DNA from: Octopus vulgaris
Lineage: Eukaryota
Assembly (NCBI GenBank): GCA_951406725.2
Contig: OX597827.1
Span: 37,138,001-37,202,000, forward strand
Length of the DNA stretch: 64,000 bases
Reading direction: 5' to 3'
The stretch's first letter is position 1. Every line of letters starts with the position of its first letter. The position numbers were made by a program, and so were the translations under genes. The notes below the pieces were generated by a model. That model searched no databases. It saw nothing but the letters and a program-made list of their open reading frames with translations, and had not been told where the DNA came from. This document shows, one piece after another, positions 39,420 to 52,500 of the stretch.

Positions 39420-40430
39420 AATTAGATAGATTTAGATAAAAGTTTGGTTAAATTATTTTAGGACTTAATCTTATCACTGTTAATTTTCTTGACACAACAT
39501 TAAGACTGGATTATGATGATTTCAGACTTAATCAAATGCAAATCAAATGTAAAGTTAGTATACATACATAGACAATTGAATTTTCCACCTTATACTTGGA
39601 AGAACTTGCTTAACAATGTTAGCAAATTGGTGTCCTTGATATTTTCCAATAATGATGCTTTTATGGGAGCAGTTGGGTATTATAATGCAGCACTAAGAAA
39701 TAGTGGGTTCTTCAGAAGATTAGATACATAAAAACAACACAGGGAGTACACTGCAAAAGAATAGGAAAAGGAACATTTTATGGTACGATTTACCTGACAG
39801 TAAGAGCTCCATAACTAGGGAATTCTTTTGTTTAATAGATCATCATTTTCTACCAGGGCATAAGTATAATTATCAATTGGATAGGAACTGTGTTAAAGTT
39901 AGTTATTCAGTTTGTGAGAATTTCAAGAGTTATATATCACAAAGCTGAATGAAAGAGGCAAACTGCTGGTCATCAAATGTCTGCAACTGTATAAATTGTG
40001 TGAATTGCCCCCTAGACGGTAACTGTCTGAGAGTAGTTAGTATACAGTGCCAAGGTTGAATCAAACAACAGAGATGAGTCTAAAATATATAGTGGGGTAA
40101 TGGAACTAACATTCAAAAGCCGTTTTTACAAGCACAAACATTCATTTGTAAGCTATGATATAAAAATGCACTATGGCTCTGTTGAAATTTATATAGTGTT
40201 TTACAAAAGTCAAATCTTCGTTAAATCAGAATTACCTGATTGATTGTAGATAAAGCACAACCATACAGGAACAACGGCTTCAAATCAAAAAATGTGGTGT
40301 AAAATTTACTTGAGCAAAAAATTTAAAATTTTGATTCAAGGCAGTTGCAGTTTGAACAAAAGAACTGAAATATTAGGGCCTTATATGCATAGAAATAAGT
40401 ATTTTTTATGTAAATACCAGCTTCTTTGAA
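39420..40430 (+). mobile_element. Penelope-like element (RT thumb plus GIY-YIG), decayed
   Basis: YIHRQLNFPP..YYNAALRNSGF, RKRNILWY, VKVSYS, CNCINCVNCPLDGNCL, IYSGVMELTFKSRFYKHKHSF, LNKRTEILG..HRNK. Confidence 0.85.
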
Positions 40431-40602
40431 TTTCACCCTGGTTTTGAAAAAACAAATGGTTGGTTTCAAAATGCTTAACTGTTAAATGATTTAATATGTG
40501 GGGGTGTATATAAATTGGGTATATGTGTATATATAGATATGTTTATCTGAATTCATACATATACAATTGCATGAATATATATGTACATGTGTATATATAT
40601 AT

Positions 40603-41018
40603 ACTCTTTTACTCTTTTTTACTCTTTTACTTGTTTCAGTCATTTGACTGTGGCCATGCTGGAGCACCGCCTTTAGTCGAGCAAATTGACCCCGGGACTT
40701 ATTCTTTGTAAGCCCAGTACTTATTCTATCGGTCTCTTTTGCCGAACCGCTAAGTGACGGGGACGTAAACACACCAGCATCGGTTGTCAAGCAATTGCTA
40801 GAGGGACAAACACAGACACACAAACATATACATACATATATATATACATATATACGACAGGCTTCTTTCAGTTTCCGTCTACCAAATCCACTCACAAGGC
40901 TTTGGTCGGCCCGAGGCTATAGCAGAAGACACTTGCCCAAGATGCCACGCAGTGGGACTGAACCCAGAACCATGTGGCTGGTTAGCAAGCTACTTACCAC
41001 ACAGCCACTCCTGCGCCT
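40603..41018 (-). mobile_element. SINE family A, full length, young
   Basis: Complete from ggcgcaggagtggctgtgtgg to the (aaaagagt)n tail on the minus strand. Confidence 0.9.
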
Positions 41019-41779
41019 ATGTGTATATAATATATAATATATATAATATATATATATATATATAATATATATAATATATATATATAATATATTAAAGAAT
41101 ATTTTACATTTGTATGTGCAAAATAAATGTGCATATGTGTATATTTATGCATCTGCATAGGTGTATGCAAACACACTTTTTTGCACAGTCATTGTTTTTA
41201 AAAATATCAGAAAAAGTATTAAATATATTTTTAAAATGTATTACATTACTTAAAAAGCAACACAATTTCATGAGGAAAGTTATTAAAGTGACTTCACTTG
41301 TATGAAATTTAAGACGTTAAGAATATTTAACAAAAACCAGAAATGAAATCAAAATTGTGAGTTGAAGCAATGTTTTTGCCTGTGTTGTTCACAAGGTATT
41401 TTTCTTAACAAAAGAACACAAACATAAGCATTTTCTTCTAATTTTCATTTCATATTTCAAAAACATGTTGCAATGGTCAATATTTCTAATGAAAAGCAGG
41501 CTCAGATAATCAGCTGATGATTGGAAACAAGTAACTAAGAGAACAGTTATAATGCATTAATGAATATTCTACATTTGTATTGAGTCCTATGATTTATTGC
41601 TTCTGGTGAATCAAAATATATACAGTCCAATGATTGCTTAGCTGGCCAAAACTTTGAAGTCACTGTCAATTCTACTCTTGTTAAAGAATGATAATTTTGA
41701 ACACTACAAAAATATGGAGTCACCCTTCAGATTCATCTAAAATTGTTCGTATTGTAACTGAACATAAAAACAGACATTG

Positions 41780-41822
<43 letters not shown>

Positions 41823-41874
41823 TGTACTTGCATAGCAAGTGATTTGATCTGAGATCGTGTGCTGAAACGAAAAC

Positions 41875-42156
41875 AATTGCAGCGTGGAAGGTGTTTGTAA
41901 GCAATTTAAGAAACACACAAAAGCCGTTCGATTCCCTTCAACATTTAAGTTTAATTTGTCAAAATATTTTCGTTGCTAAAATCCGGGACCTGTTCACTGA
42001 CAAAAATCCGAGATGCAGCATGGATTTTTGTCAGTGAACAGGTCGCGGATTTTAGCGCCGAAAATATTTTGACAAATTAAACTTAAATGTTGAAGTGAAT
42101 CGAACGGCTTTTGTGTGTTTCTTAAATGGCTTACAAACACCTTCCACGCTGCAATT
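41875..42156. repeat. Near-perfect 135-bp inverted repeat (12-nt loop) with mirrored G3:C8 hammerhead motifs
   Basis: Arms 41875-42009 and 42022-42156; flanked by (TA)n. Confidence 0.9.
42027..42076 (+). ncRNA. Minimal type-I hammerhead ribozyme motif, G3:C8 variant (mirror copy 41955-42004 on minus)
   Basis: tttgtca-GTGAACA-ggtcgc(ggatttta)gcgcc-GAAA-atat-T-T-tgacaaa: 7-bp stem I, palindromic ATAT loop. Confidence 0.7.
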
Positions 42157-42349
42157 ATATATATATATATATATATATATATCCATCCCTGACAGTGATA
42201 TATTTTGTTTGTGTGCATGTTTGTGTGTATACACACACACACACACACTTACTTATATATCTATATATATTATAGATGTATGTATGTATGTATGTATGTA
42301 TATATATATATATTTATATATATATACACACATACATACATTGATATAG

Positions 42350-42423
42350 ATATTTAAAATTTTGACTCAAGGCAGTAACAGCTTGAACAAAAGAACTGAA
42401 GTTTTAGGGTCTTGTAAGCATAG
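42350..42423 (+). mobile_element. Penelope-like 3' fragment
   Basis: LNKRTEVLGSCKH; nucleotide match to 40322-40392. Confidence 0.65.
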
Positions 42424-42899
42424 TCCTAGATACACCTGGCAATACACTCTTAAAAGACATCAAAACTCACTATATGTACATATTGTATATCTCTTTACTG
42501 CCATGGAGTTATATGACCATGGATACTCAACAAAAAATGCCCCAACTTATCTAATGAGCTTTTCATGGAGATTCTGTTGGAGATGATAGATCTTGTCTAA
42601 TGTATAAGATAGAAAGCCTTTTCTTCAGCCAAGCTAAGCCACTTCAGAATCTAAACACTTTATTCTTAGATCAAGTTCCCACACAGGATCAAGGAGCTTG
42701 AGGCCTTTAAATGTGACTTCTTTAATATCATACTCTAGCTGAAATCCCAAAAGTCCTCTACTTCTTTCCATAGTAAACTTAGGACCGATGTTCATGAACT
42801 TCAGACTTCTGATAGGACCTAATTTTTTATCAGACATGACAAAGAATTTGTATAGAGTAGATAACATTACACATACACAGCTATTCAACAACAGCATCA

Positions 42900-44430
42900 C
42901 ACAAATATACCAGAAAGCAATCCTTCAAGCCTTTGAAACTAAAGAAATAGCTTAACCATGCAGCCAATGAAATCCCTTTTAAACTAGGCATCATGGATAG
43001 AGTAGAGACCCTAGTATTAATAAGATACCTTTATAACAATTAAAGACCACAAACCAAACTTTACCTTTAACTCTCAAATGTCATCTGATCAACCCTCTGA
43101 ATTCATAGATTGACTTGGTAAGCAAGTAACTGATCAAGAAGATCAATGATGACAGGAGAGCCTCTAGCCTTGCCTTTTGACACAATACCAGTGTGGCCAA
43201 TCACATGGTTTAAAACCAATTGCAGTGCAGTTGACCAAGGATTATCCAAATCAGTATAGGGGAGTTTTACCTATCTATACTGAGGAAGCATTGCATTTTG
43301 CTCAGACCTACACTGAGATTAGAGATGAGACCATATTCATTTTAGGGATCAGTCCAGGCCAAGTACATAGACACAAAAGGTTTCAATGTAATGATAGATG
43401 CCGTCAAAAGTGCTGATGTGGCAGACCTTATTGGCTTTTTTTTCTTGGATTTATTTAAGAAGAAATTTCCCTCTACTAGATTTAGCCTCTTTAGAGATAA
43501 TGATTTGACAATGGTTACACACTCATTAGGCTTACGAAGAACCTAAACCATACTCTGAATTCTCTTGGCCTCAAGGTTACAGTATACACTAAACTTAAGA
43601 TTGTTCTATTTCTTGGTGTGACCCTTGATATAGACTCTTTTCAAAGCCAAATGAAAGGCTAGCATACATTAACACACCTTATCCATCCATAGTGTTCAGG
43701 AACCTAGTAGAGAGGTTCAGTAGAAGAATCTCCAGTCAGTCTTCAAGTAAAGAGATTTTTTATGATGCTGCCAGTGGTATTAGGGATGAGATTAGTTATA
43801 CATCTGACCCTAATCCCACTAAGAAAATGCTACTGGAAAGTGTTGTGGTTCACCCACCATTCTAAATCATAAAAAACTTTTGTGGTTAAGATTTTTTTTA
43901 GCTTAGTGGATAAACTCTTTCCTCATATGAATAGGTTCTGTAAAATATTTGACAGAAACACTTTGAGAGTTTCTTTCAGCTGTGTGCTCAATATAAAGAA
44001 AATATATGTCTCACACCTGAGACAGAGGCAGGATGTTCATGAAGAGGCACCTTCATGTCCCTTTAATGCAAACAAACAGTTGCATTTTAGGTGGAGGTAA
44101 TGTCAGAAGACCCTAGCATTCAGTGAAATGTAAGGAAGTATGTGTTCTTTCAGAATCAGATTTAACAAAAATGAGTCCTATAATATCCAGGAGAGACACA
44201 ATGTCACAATTCTGCCTAGACCTTTATGGTTGTTGAAGGAATACATCACAGATTACATCATGTGGAGAAACCTGGCAAAATGCAAGCTTTATTTTAGCAG
44301 TTGCAGAAAGTGCAAGATATGCCTAGCCAAGAATAGAATTATGTTAAAAACTTTTCTCCATTGAGATACCTAATTGATCTGCAGGAGTGAAATTTTTTAT
44401 TGATCTCCACATGAGAGAAGATTCATGGTT
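42900..44430 (+). mobile_element. Penelope-like element, decayed (RT plus GIY-YIG)
   Basis: FITIKDHKPNF..CHLINP, SADVADLIG, FSLFRDNDL (YRDD), FLGVTLD, KIFDRNTLRVSFSC, CKICL. Confidence 0.8.
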
Positions 44431-44627
44431 GCTTACCTACAGGCTCCACTATGCTTATAAATGCTAGGATCTCTACAAATCAGTTGTTTAAAAATTACAG
44501 ATAAGAATTTTACTTTATGCTTAATAGAAGCTTAGATACTTTACATCGCAATAGTTAATCATTTACTTATTATATTAAACACTTTAATAGGAATTAACCT
44601 TATTATATAATAATTTTAAAATTATTA

Positions 44628-45960
44628 TTATAAATAATTGAAATATTTGAATGTCTTTCTAAATTTATGATAATATCTTAAAGTAAAGTGCCTATTAAAA
44701 TTCAATAAAATTAATTTAGAAGTAACTATATAATACATTTCTTTGAGGCAAAGATCACAAGTAGAATTACCAATATTATACAATGGTGCATAGCTAATAT
44801 TGGACCACTTTAAATCATATTTAATATTCTTATCCAAATGCATTTACTAAAATTAGTAGAATTACATTTTCTTCTATATTTAAAGGAATTAGAATGATCA
44901 TAAAATCTAGATTTCCATCTATTAGCAGAAGAACCAATATACCAAAACCTATAATGTCTGGTTATTACTTTACATTGATATTCTATATTCATCTGTAAAC
45001 ACTGTTTTTCTGAAGGGCATAGAGTTTTGTTTACATAATTATACATGGATTTATTCACTTGTAAATTGCACTCATAGTTGAAAGAATTTCTATTAGCACC
45101 CACCTGCAAATAGGTGTTAAAGTTGGATTATAATAATTATCATTATTAGAATTAATATTAACAGCATTTTGATCAATTAAAGAATCTAAACCTTGTTCCA
45201 AATGATTATCAATTACATTACTTTCAGTAGACTTATAATCAGTTCTACGATTATCAATAGATTTAAAATTTAGGTATTCTCTAATTCTCTGTTTATTGTG
45301 TGCTGCAATAATCTCAGATAAATTCCTAGTAGTTGAATACAAAAAAAGGACTTAATGATCCCTAGTATATTCATTTTCTATAGTAATAGAATAGTAATAG
45401 ACCAAGACGCTTAAAGAATCTATAAAGATGTTTTCTACATCTTTCTAAACTGACCATATATGAAATCTATATATAAGGAAAAGAGTGTCATCTCTATATA
45501 ATCAACCTCTTTATTCTGGAAATTCAGTATGTATACAATAAAAAATATAATAAAAAATGAACTAAATCGGTAACATGGGCTGAATCACTTGATCCCATGG
45601 TGATATTGATAAAATCAGGTCTACCAAATCTAGTCCAATATTACCCATCGAATTCAATAACGATTTTTCTAGCCTCTAGTATTATATGAACCTCACTTTT
45701 TGATAAATCTGAATTCTTCATAGTAAAAAGTAAAACTTTATTCAGTAGGGTAGGGTTGATAGATGAGTTATGATTAGAAATACCCAACTGAATAAACTTA
45801 GTATGTTGTTTACCATTAATGCTAGAGAACCAATCAATAACATTCAAAGAATTTGACCATAAAGATAACCTAATACATTGTTTAAACCTAGGAATATGTT
45901 TATCAATAATAAATGTACTAATCTTACTATGATTTGAAATGAAGGTTAATTCCTATAAAA
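44628..45960 (-). mobile_element. Penelope-like element, decayed, tail-to-tail with 42900-44430
   Basis: WSNSLNVIDWF..FIQL, ITMGSSDSA, CPSEKQCL..YQC..YIGSSANRWKSRFYDHSNSF, KWS..YNIGNSTCDLCLKE. Confidence 0.85.
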
Positions 45961-46462
45961 GGATTTAATATGTTAAATAAATTGGTAATCAATTATTACA
46001 TCATAAAGTATCTAAGTCTCTACTAACCATTATATAGAATTATAATCTGTAGTTTTTATTCTTTAGTTATCTATTAAGCATAGAGTAAGATTCTTGTGTA
46101 TAATTTTTATTCTTTAGTTATCCAGTGACGTCAATAATTGAATATAAAAATATTCATCTTTTAGGTTATATTTTTTAGATTATTTTTTAAAATCATATTC
46201 TATGTAGATTTCAAATTGTCAAAAAATATACAATTAGTATGGTATTTTTTATCTTTTATTTTTATAAAGTAAATTCAATGACGTCACTATGGGTTGAATG
46301 AATGAATGTCTTAAGTTAAACCTGATTTAGGCATTTCTTTTTGTTAGCGTTTATTAATGGCTAAAAGTTTTTGGATGTTCAGTTGGAATTTCACCAATTT
46401 GTATTATTACCTTGATAATATTGTGTTGACATATATTTTCGAAGTTATTATAAATTTTAATA

Positions 46463-46501
<39 letters not shown>

Positions 46502-46604
46502 TGTGTGTGTGTGTGTATCTATATATATGCATGTATTAAGTTAGACTTGGCTCAGGCCAATACCAGCCAAAATCTATCAAAGTATATCTATATACATATA
46601 GTAT

Positions 46605-46913
46605 AGATTATTTGGCAACAGAATGTAGTAGTCCTGTTTAGGGGCAATTGTTACTGTTATTTAGCCCCAGGAAACATCGTCTCCAGCTGACTATATGATT
46701 CACTATCTGCGTCCTTATATTTTTGAACAAGAGAGTTTACCGTCCTCACTCAGTTCAAAGCAATATTTGCATACTAATGGTTCCTGGGTTATTTCCCTTC
46801 ATGAGCACAGAATAACTGTGTCGTATAGTCAGCTGGAGATGATGTTTCCTGGGGCTAAATAACAGTAACATTCGTCCTAACCAGGACTGCCACATTATGT
46901 TGGCAAATAATCT
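46605..46913. repeat. ~93-bp-arm inverted repeat with ~120-nt spacer
   Basis: Arms 46605-46698 and 46821-46913 (tgttactgttatttagccccaggaaacatc with gatgtttcctggggctaaataacagtaaca). Confidence 0.85.
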
Positions 46914-47174
46914 TTAATCTAGAGTACTGTTACTGAATGTCTCTTGTTCAGAGATTTAGAAATAATAATTTTCTATTTATATATATATGCATGTATATGT
47001 GTGTGTGTGCGTGTATGAGTGTGTGTATGTATTTATATAAGCATACGTATGTATGTATATATAAAAGCATGTATATATTAATGTAATTGAAACAATTGTT
47101 GCATTTTGGAGGTGCGATCTAAAATAAAGATATGATTTTCTTCATACATATTATTTGTATTATATATATATAGT

Positions 47175-47475
47175 GGAGGCGCAATGGCCCAGTGGTTAGG
47201 GCAGCGGACTCGCAGTCGTAGGATTGTGGTTTCGATTCCCAGACCAGGTGTTGTGAGTGTTTATAGGGCGAAAACACCTAAAGCTCCACGACGCTCCGGC
47301 AGGGGGGGTGGCGATCCCTGCTGTACTCTTTCGTCACAAATTTCTCTAATTTTTTCTTCTGTTGGCCTGCTCGCTTAGCCAGTGGGGTGGCGTCATTTGA
47401 AGGAAAAAAACAATGCTGAGCGCATTGTGACCAGCGATGTGTAGCAACATCTGATAGCCTGGTCGGTCACGTGAT

Positions 47476-47483
<8 letters not shown>
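47175..47483 (+). mobile_element. tRNA-derived SINE family D, full length
   Basis: tRNA-like head ggcgcaatggcccagtggttagggcagcggactcg..ggtttcgattccc; body ends tcacgtgatcacgtga; inserted in (TA)n. Confidence 0.85.
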
Positions 47484-47524
<41 letters not shown>

Positions 47525-47824
47525 ACACCTATATATATGTGTGTGTGTTTGTGTATACATTTTACAGACAAGAAAGTAATAGTTCAAATGCAGTATAGTC
47601 GTGAAAATGGCAGAAAGATTGGGTATTTACCCTTATAAGATGGAAAAAGTTGTGAGCAGACAGCCACGGGACTTGTACCCACATCCACACTAACTGGCCC
47701 ACTGACAACAATCTCTTTCAAATTAAGCGTGAAATATAGCTTTTGGAATGCAACAACATTTTGTTTCTACAAACTTTGGGAGTGTCACTGTGTATCATAT
47801 TTTACAGACAAGAAAGTAATAATA

Positions 47825-49110
47825 TTAACACATACTGATCCCCAAGTCTCTCACAGCCTATGGCTCTGAGAGTACAGTGCCTTTGGGCAGTGGTGCTTTT
47901 GTGAGTTGATAGTGCAGTGCTTGAAATTTTCCAGCATTAAACTGCATGTTCTGTACTTTAGCCCACCTGTATATTACTTTCAGGTCCTGTCGCAAGCTTG
48001 TGACATCATCTGGATTCTTTATTGCCTGTAATAATTTTGTATCATAGCTAGTGACAGTGGCCATTTGAGTGACTATGAGCATGTCTAAGTGAGCTATTAT
48101 AAACAGTAATAGTTTCAAGACAGTTTCCTGGGGAACACCACTTAGAATTTGAGTTTCTTCAGAGAAGGCAACTGCCTAACTTATATCCTTTGGGAATTCA
48201 TGCAGTCACTCTCTCAGTTTATCAACTATGTCAAGGTCTCACAGCTTCTCATATCATGTCATGATCTATCTTATTAAATGCTTTTGTGAAGGCAAGATAT
48301 ATCCCATTGACATCAAGCAACTGTTTCAAAATTTTGTTCTAGGGCTGTAAGAGCTGTGTGGGGCAGCTTCTTCCTGGATGTAAGCCATGCTATCTATTAT
48401 TCAGTAAGTCATTTTTTTTTAGGAATATTATCAGTTTGATTCTGATGATTCATTTCATTACTTTACTGATGTGTGAAGCCAGAGAGATTGGCCTGTAGTT
48501 TTTGGCCTCTGCTCTACTTCCACCTTTGTGGATAGGGCATATAATGCCACCTTTTAGCTTTTTAGGAAGTTTACCACTTGCAAGGAATTTCTGGAAAAGT
48601 ATCTGAAGTGGTTTCACTAAAGCCTACTTACATGATTTGAGGAGAATAACTGGGAAGCTATCAGGACCAGTCGCTGAGCTTGAGCTCATTTTATCTATGG
48701 CCACTGTTATATCTGCCTCTTCAATGCCGATATAATCATCTGTAGGTTTGCAGTATTAAAGAATTCAGCCAGGTTTTTATCTGCATGTGTCCCAGTGGGG
48801 AGGTGAAGACACTTTGAAACTGTTCACTGAGCACTTCACTTGCTCTTTTTGGGTTCACAGACAGTGAGCTATTCCCTTGGAACACCAGTCCTATTTTATA
48901 TTGTACAGTGGCTGTTTCCTTTGCAAATATATAGAAAGCTTTAGGGTTTGTTTTTATGCTTTCTACAGCTCTGTTTCCTCTCCCTGCTCTTTCCTTTCCA
49001 TGAGCGAGTTTGAGTTTGTTTTCGATTTCCAGGAGTGTCCATCTTAAAATAGATTTCTCTCTTTCCTTCAGTTGCCTACTCAGCCAGTTTGAAACTTTTT
49101 ATATGCATCT
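47825..49110 (-). mobile_element. Older CR1-group LINE RT fragment
   Basis: NPKAFY, ATGPD, YRPISL.SHISKVM, GRSC.TQLL, F.KAF, SGVPQ, DTKL, W...NMQFNAGKFQ, RDLG. Confidence 0.8.
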
Positions 49111-49140
49111 CTGGAGATCTTGTTTGTTGGTATGCTGGCC

Positions 49141-49198
<58 letters not shown>

Positions 49199-49205
49199 AT
49201 GTGTG

Positions 49206-49250
<45 letters not shown>

Positions 49251-50756
49251 GGGAGTATATCCAAACTTACAGGGAAAAATTAGATTTAGGATTAAATCAA
49301 ATTTCACAGTATAAATATAAATTAAATTAATAGTGGTTTTATTTCTAATTTAATTTTATATATATATAGATGAAGTGCACAAACCTGTGAGGAATAAAGT
49401 ATACACATGTACAATTACATTTAACATGTATGTGCATTTAAATGTAGAAAGACCTTTTGCTTCTCATGAGGAAGTTCTCTTCATGGACAATATATGAAAA
49501 TTCATTTGGTTATGAATGACATCAATGGCTCATAGGATGCATGTGTTTCTGCATTGTTATACTTTATCAGCTACGTATGTATGTATGTATGTATGTATGT
49601 ATGTTTGAATGTATGTATGCATGCATGCACACACACTCACGCATGCACACACGCACACAGATGCAATTATGTTTAAAACAACTAGGATTATATAAGATAA
49701 GGTTCAAGGAAATGTGAATGTGTTCATTACTTCTGTTAAAACAATTAAGATAATTTGTAACTTTATAAACCATTATAAAAGGTGTTTACTTAAAACTGTA
49801 TAAATATACAGATATATAAGCATTTGTGTTAAAAAATGGAACCCGCCCAGAAATCAATATATAAGGTAGGATTTATTTGTCTAAAATATTTGTGATAAGA
49901 ACAAGAATAAAAAGGTTATGAAAGATGCAGATATATAAACAATCTCATAAATGTTTGTGTAATTTCAATAAAATTTATGTGTGTAAACCAGCTGTTGTTA
50001 CTGAAAGCAATTTTTTAGTATATTAAGCTATGACATTATGAAATAAAACCAAGATTGTTTTACTTACAAATATTAAAATAGAAGCAAATTTTGATCAAGA
50101 ACAAGTGATGTAATTGAAAACAATATAGTTAAGTAACTGTATCTCACTGAAGATTTCTATTGGTAGATGTGTGAAATCGTGAAGGGAAAATTTTCGGCAA
50201 TTGGTACTGAAAAGCATCTAATTATGTTTAAGAGAAATTATGAAAACATACAGAGTGAGAACAACTTGGGTGGGTTAGATTTAAAAAGGAATGTTGGTAT
50301 TGAACTTTGATCAGTAAATCTTGGGCAAATTAAGACGTACAAACTTATGTAAATTTCATTTCAAAATATGGTTAATGAAACATATATGCCTCAGGGCAGT
50401 TTCCTACTAGTTGTTGAATGACATTTACACATTTAATTTACAATCTGTGTAATTTTTCTGATATTTCTACATCTAATTTTTCCTTGAACCCTTTATTTGT
50501 TTAATAGTACTCACTTGCAGAGAAATGTGCTCTGCTCAATTTGTTTCCTCATAACTTTCTAAAAAGGGATATTTATTAATGAAAGCTTCTTCAAATAAAT
50601 TTCAGATGTGTAGCAAATCACATCGAACATAGGAGTGGAATGAGAACATAGATACCATGCTCAAACCTTTTGGTAATGTGTTGTGTCTTGTGGTGCACTT
50701 TTAGAGTGTATGTCTTTCTGTCTGTCTGTCTGTCAGTCAGTCAATCAGTCAGTCAT

Positions 50757-52075
50757 TATTCAATTTAATCCAAGATTTCTTGCAGATAGAAAAAAAAACA
50801 GTTTCTAACCTAGATGCAAGGTTCTTTCATTGGAATTGCAACATCAACGACAAGGTATTTTTGTTTGTATATATGTATGTGTGTATGTATGTATGTATGT
50901 ATGTATGTATGTATGTATGTATGTACGTACGTTCGTTTGTTCGTTCATTCGTTCAGATTTGTATGTTTTATGTATATATTCTCATGCATATAGTTACATA
51001 TCTGGACATGCTCATATATATTTAAATAATAAACTGGAAAGTTTTGCAGAATTTTACAGTTCCAGTGATGGATTGGATCTGTAGTCTTCGAATTAGCTTT
51101 CTCCTCTCTGGTTTTGAGAAGCCTAATTTCTCAAGATTGTTATTTAGGCTGTGTGTTACATATAAACCTGAACTTGTAATCTGGATAGAGTAACTGCAGG
51201 TTTCTCAGTAGTTCAGCATATTTCTCAATAGTTCTCTTTTTCACTGATCTTCAGCTTTATGTTAACATCCACTGGGCAGCTAAGTTCCACAACTGTGCAC
51301 AGTTTCTCTTCTCTATCCCAAATCATTATATCAGGTCTGTAGTGCTTATATTTTATTGAGGTCTTCACTGGTGCATTCCACCAGTATTCCTTTTCATTAA
51401 TAGTGGCTATGGCTTGTTTTTATTTCTTTGTCCTCGGGATTATCCTTCTGATGGAGTTCATTATAGAGTGTCCTAGCTAGACTGTCATGTCTCATTGGCA
51501 CATATATTACCATGATGACATTTTCAGGCAATTGCTTATGATGTAGGTGATATCTTCAGTGTGAACTCCACAAAGTCTGCATCGTTTGTTGCATTTTATA
51601 GCTTACCCTGCATCTCAATCTCTTTTGTGCATCAGGTACTTGGTTGATATTTCCTGTTCCTGGAGTGCAAATGCATACCCTTCAAAGTGGGAGGTAGTAG
51701 TCCGGCTATTGGTCCATGATAGATTGCTTTGATAATTGATGTTACTATCATCACAGAGCTTTCTACAAATATATCCATGCATAGTTTTCTGCTCATATAG
51801 GCTCATCCTTTCATGTTGCAGTAGAGTCATGTGACTTCTTTGGGCATGTATTCTAGGTTATCAGATAAAGAATGTTGCTCAAGGAGCTGCCTTCCAAGTC
51901 TTATGATATTATCAACCTCATGTATGCAAACTTGGTGAAGGGATGCACTTCGATGCTTGGTAGTTAAAAGATGTTGCTGAAGGGATATGATGGGACATTC
52001 AAAGGCATTTTGGATTGATGTTAAGCCTTCCCACCTTAAGCAGAGGTGATCTATATCATTGTTTATGTGGAAATT
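50757..52075 (-). mobile_element. R4/Dong-like non-LTR retrotransposon, 5'-truncated (zinc knuckle plus REL endonuclease)
   Basis: MHG..EGYAFALQEQ, CRLCGVHTEDIT.IISNC, RHD, HYRPDIMIWDREEK..VVELSCP, EKENY; ORF ends ~51025; 3' UTR runs to a (TGAC)n repeat. Confidence 0.85.
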
Positions 52076-52122
52076 ATGTGTGCTGTATGTATATATGTAT
52101 GTATGTATATATGTACGTATAT

Positions 52123-52500
52123 GTCAGGTCACTTTCGAGTGCTACTGGTAACATGTAACCCAGTACAACCTGTTGCATGGTCGGGTCATTGGCGACTAAA
52201 CCGGCAACCCCACCAAGCTTGCTTGGTGAAGAGGGTGTTTATTGGACACCCTGCAGGATGAAAAATAAAATCCATCAAAGGGCGGAGGAACTCTTGAGAG
52301 TCAACAGCCATCTAATAAATGTCTTAAGGCTGTATCATACGTGGGGACATAGAAATAATCGGACTGACTACCCGATCGCGCGGTTAAACCATTGGGAGTG
52401 AAGGACTCCTAGCCTTTGTTAGGGCATCCTTCTAGGAGAAGGTAACTCAGGTAACTGGGATAACTCCGACATAAAACCTGCGGCTCAGTGGTTACCGATG
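52123..52500 (+). other. GC-rich, multi-hairpin element (probable retroelement 5' UTR)
   Basis: Hairpins tactgg/ccagta, caccaagc/gcttggtg, agggtgt/acaccct, actct/agagt, acagcc/ggctgt, atcgg/ccgat, ggagt/actcc, ccttct/agaagg. Confidence 0.5.

Noticed and set aside
39975-45110. Selenocysteine (UGA) recoding as known for Naiad PLEs
   Set aside because: Conserved Cys positions I could read use TGY codons; the TGA codons seen are not at Cys positions and fit ordinary decay.
46405-46460. TTGATAA as another U3:A8 hammerhead
   Set aside because: GAAG instead of GAAA, and no convincing stem I or II.
47175-47250. Possible tRNA gene
   Set aside because: No acceptor-stem closure; continues into a SINE body found in other copies.
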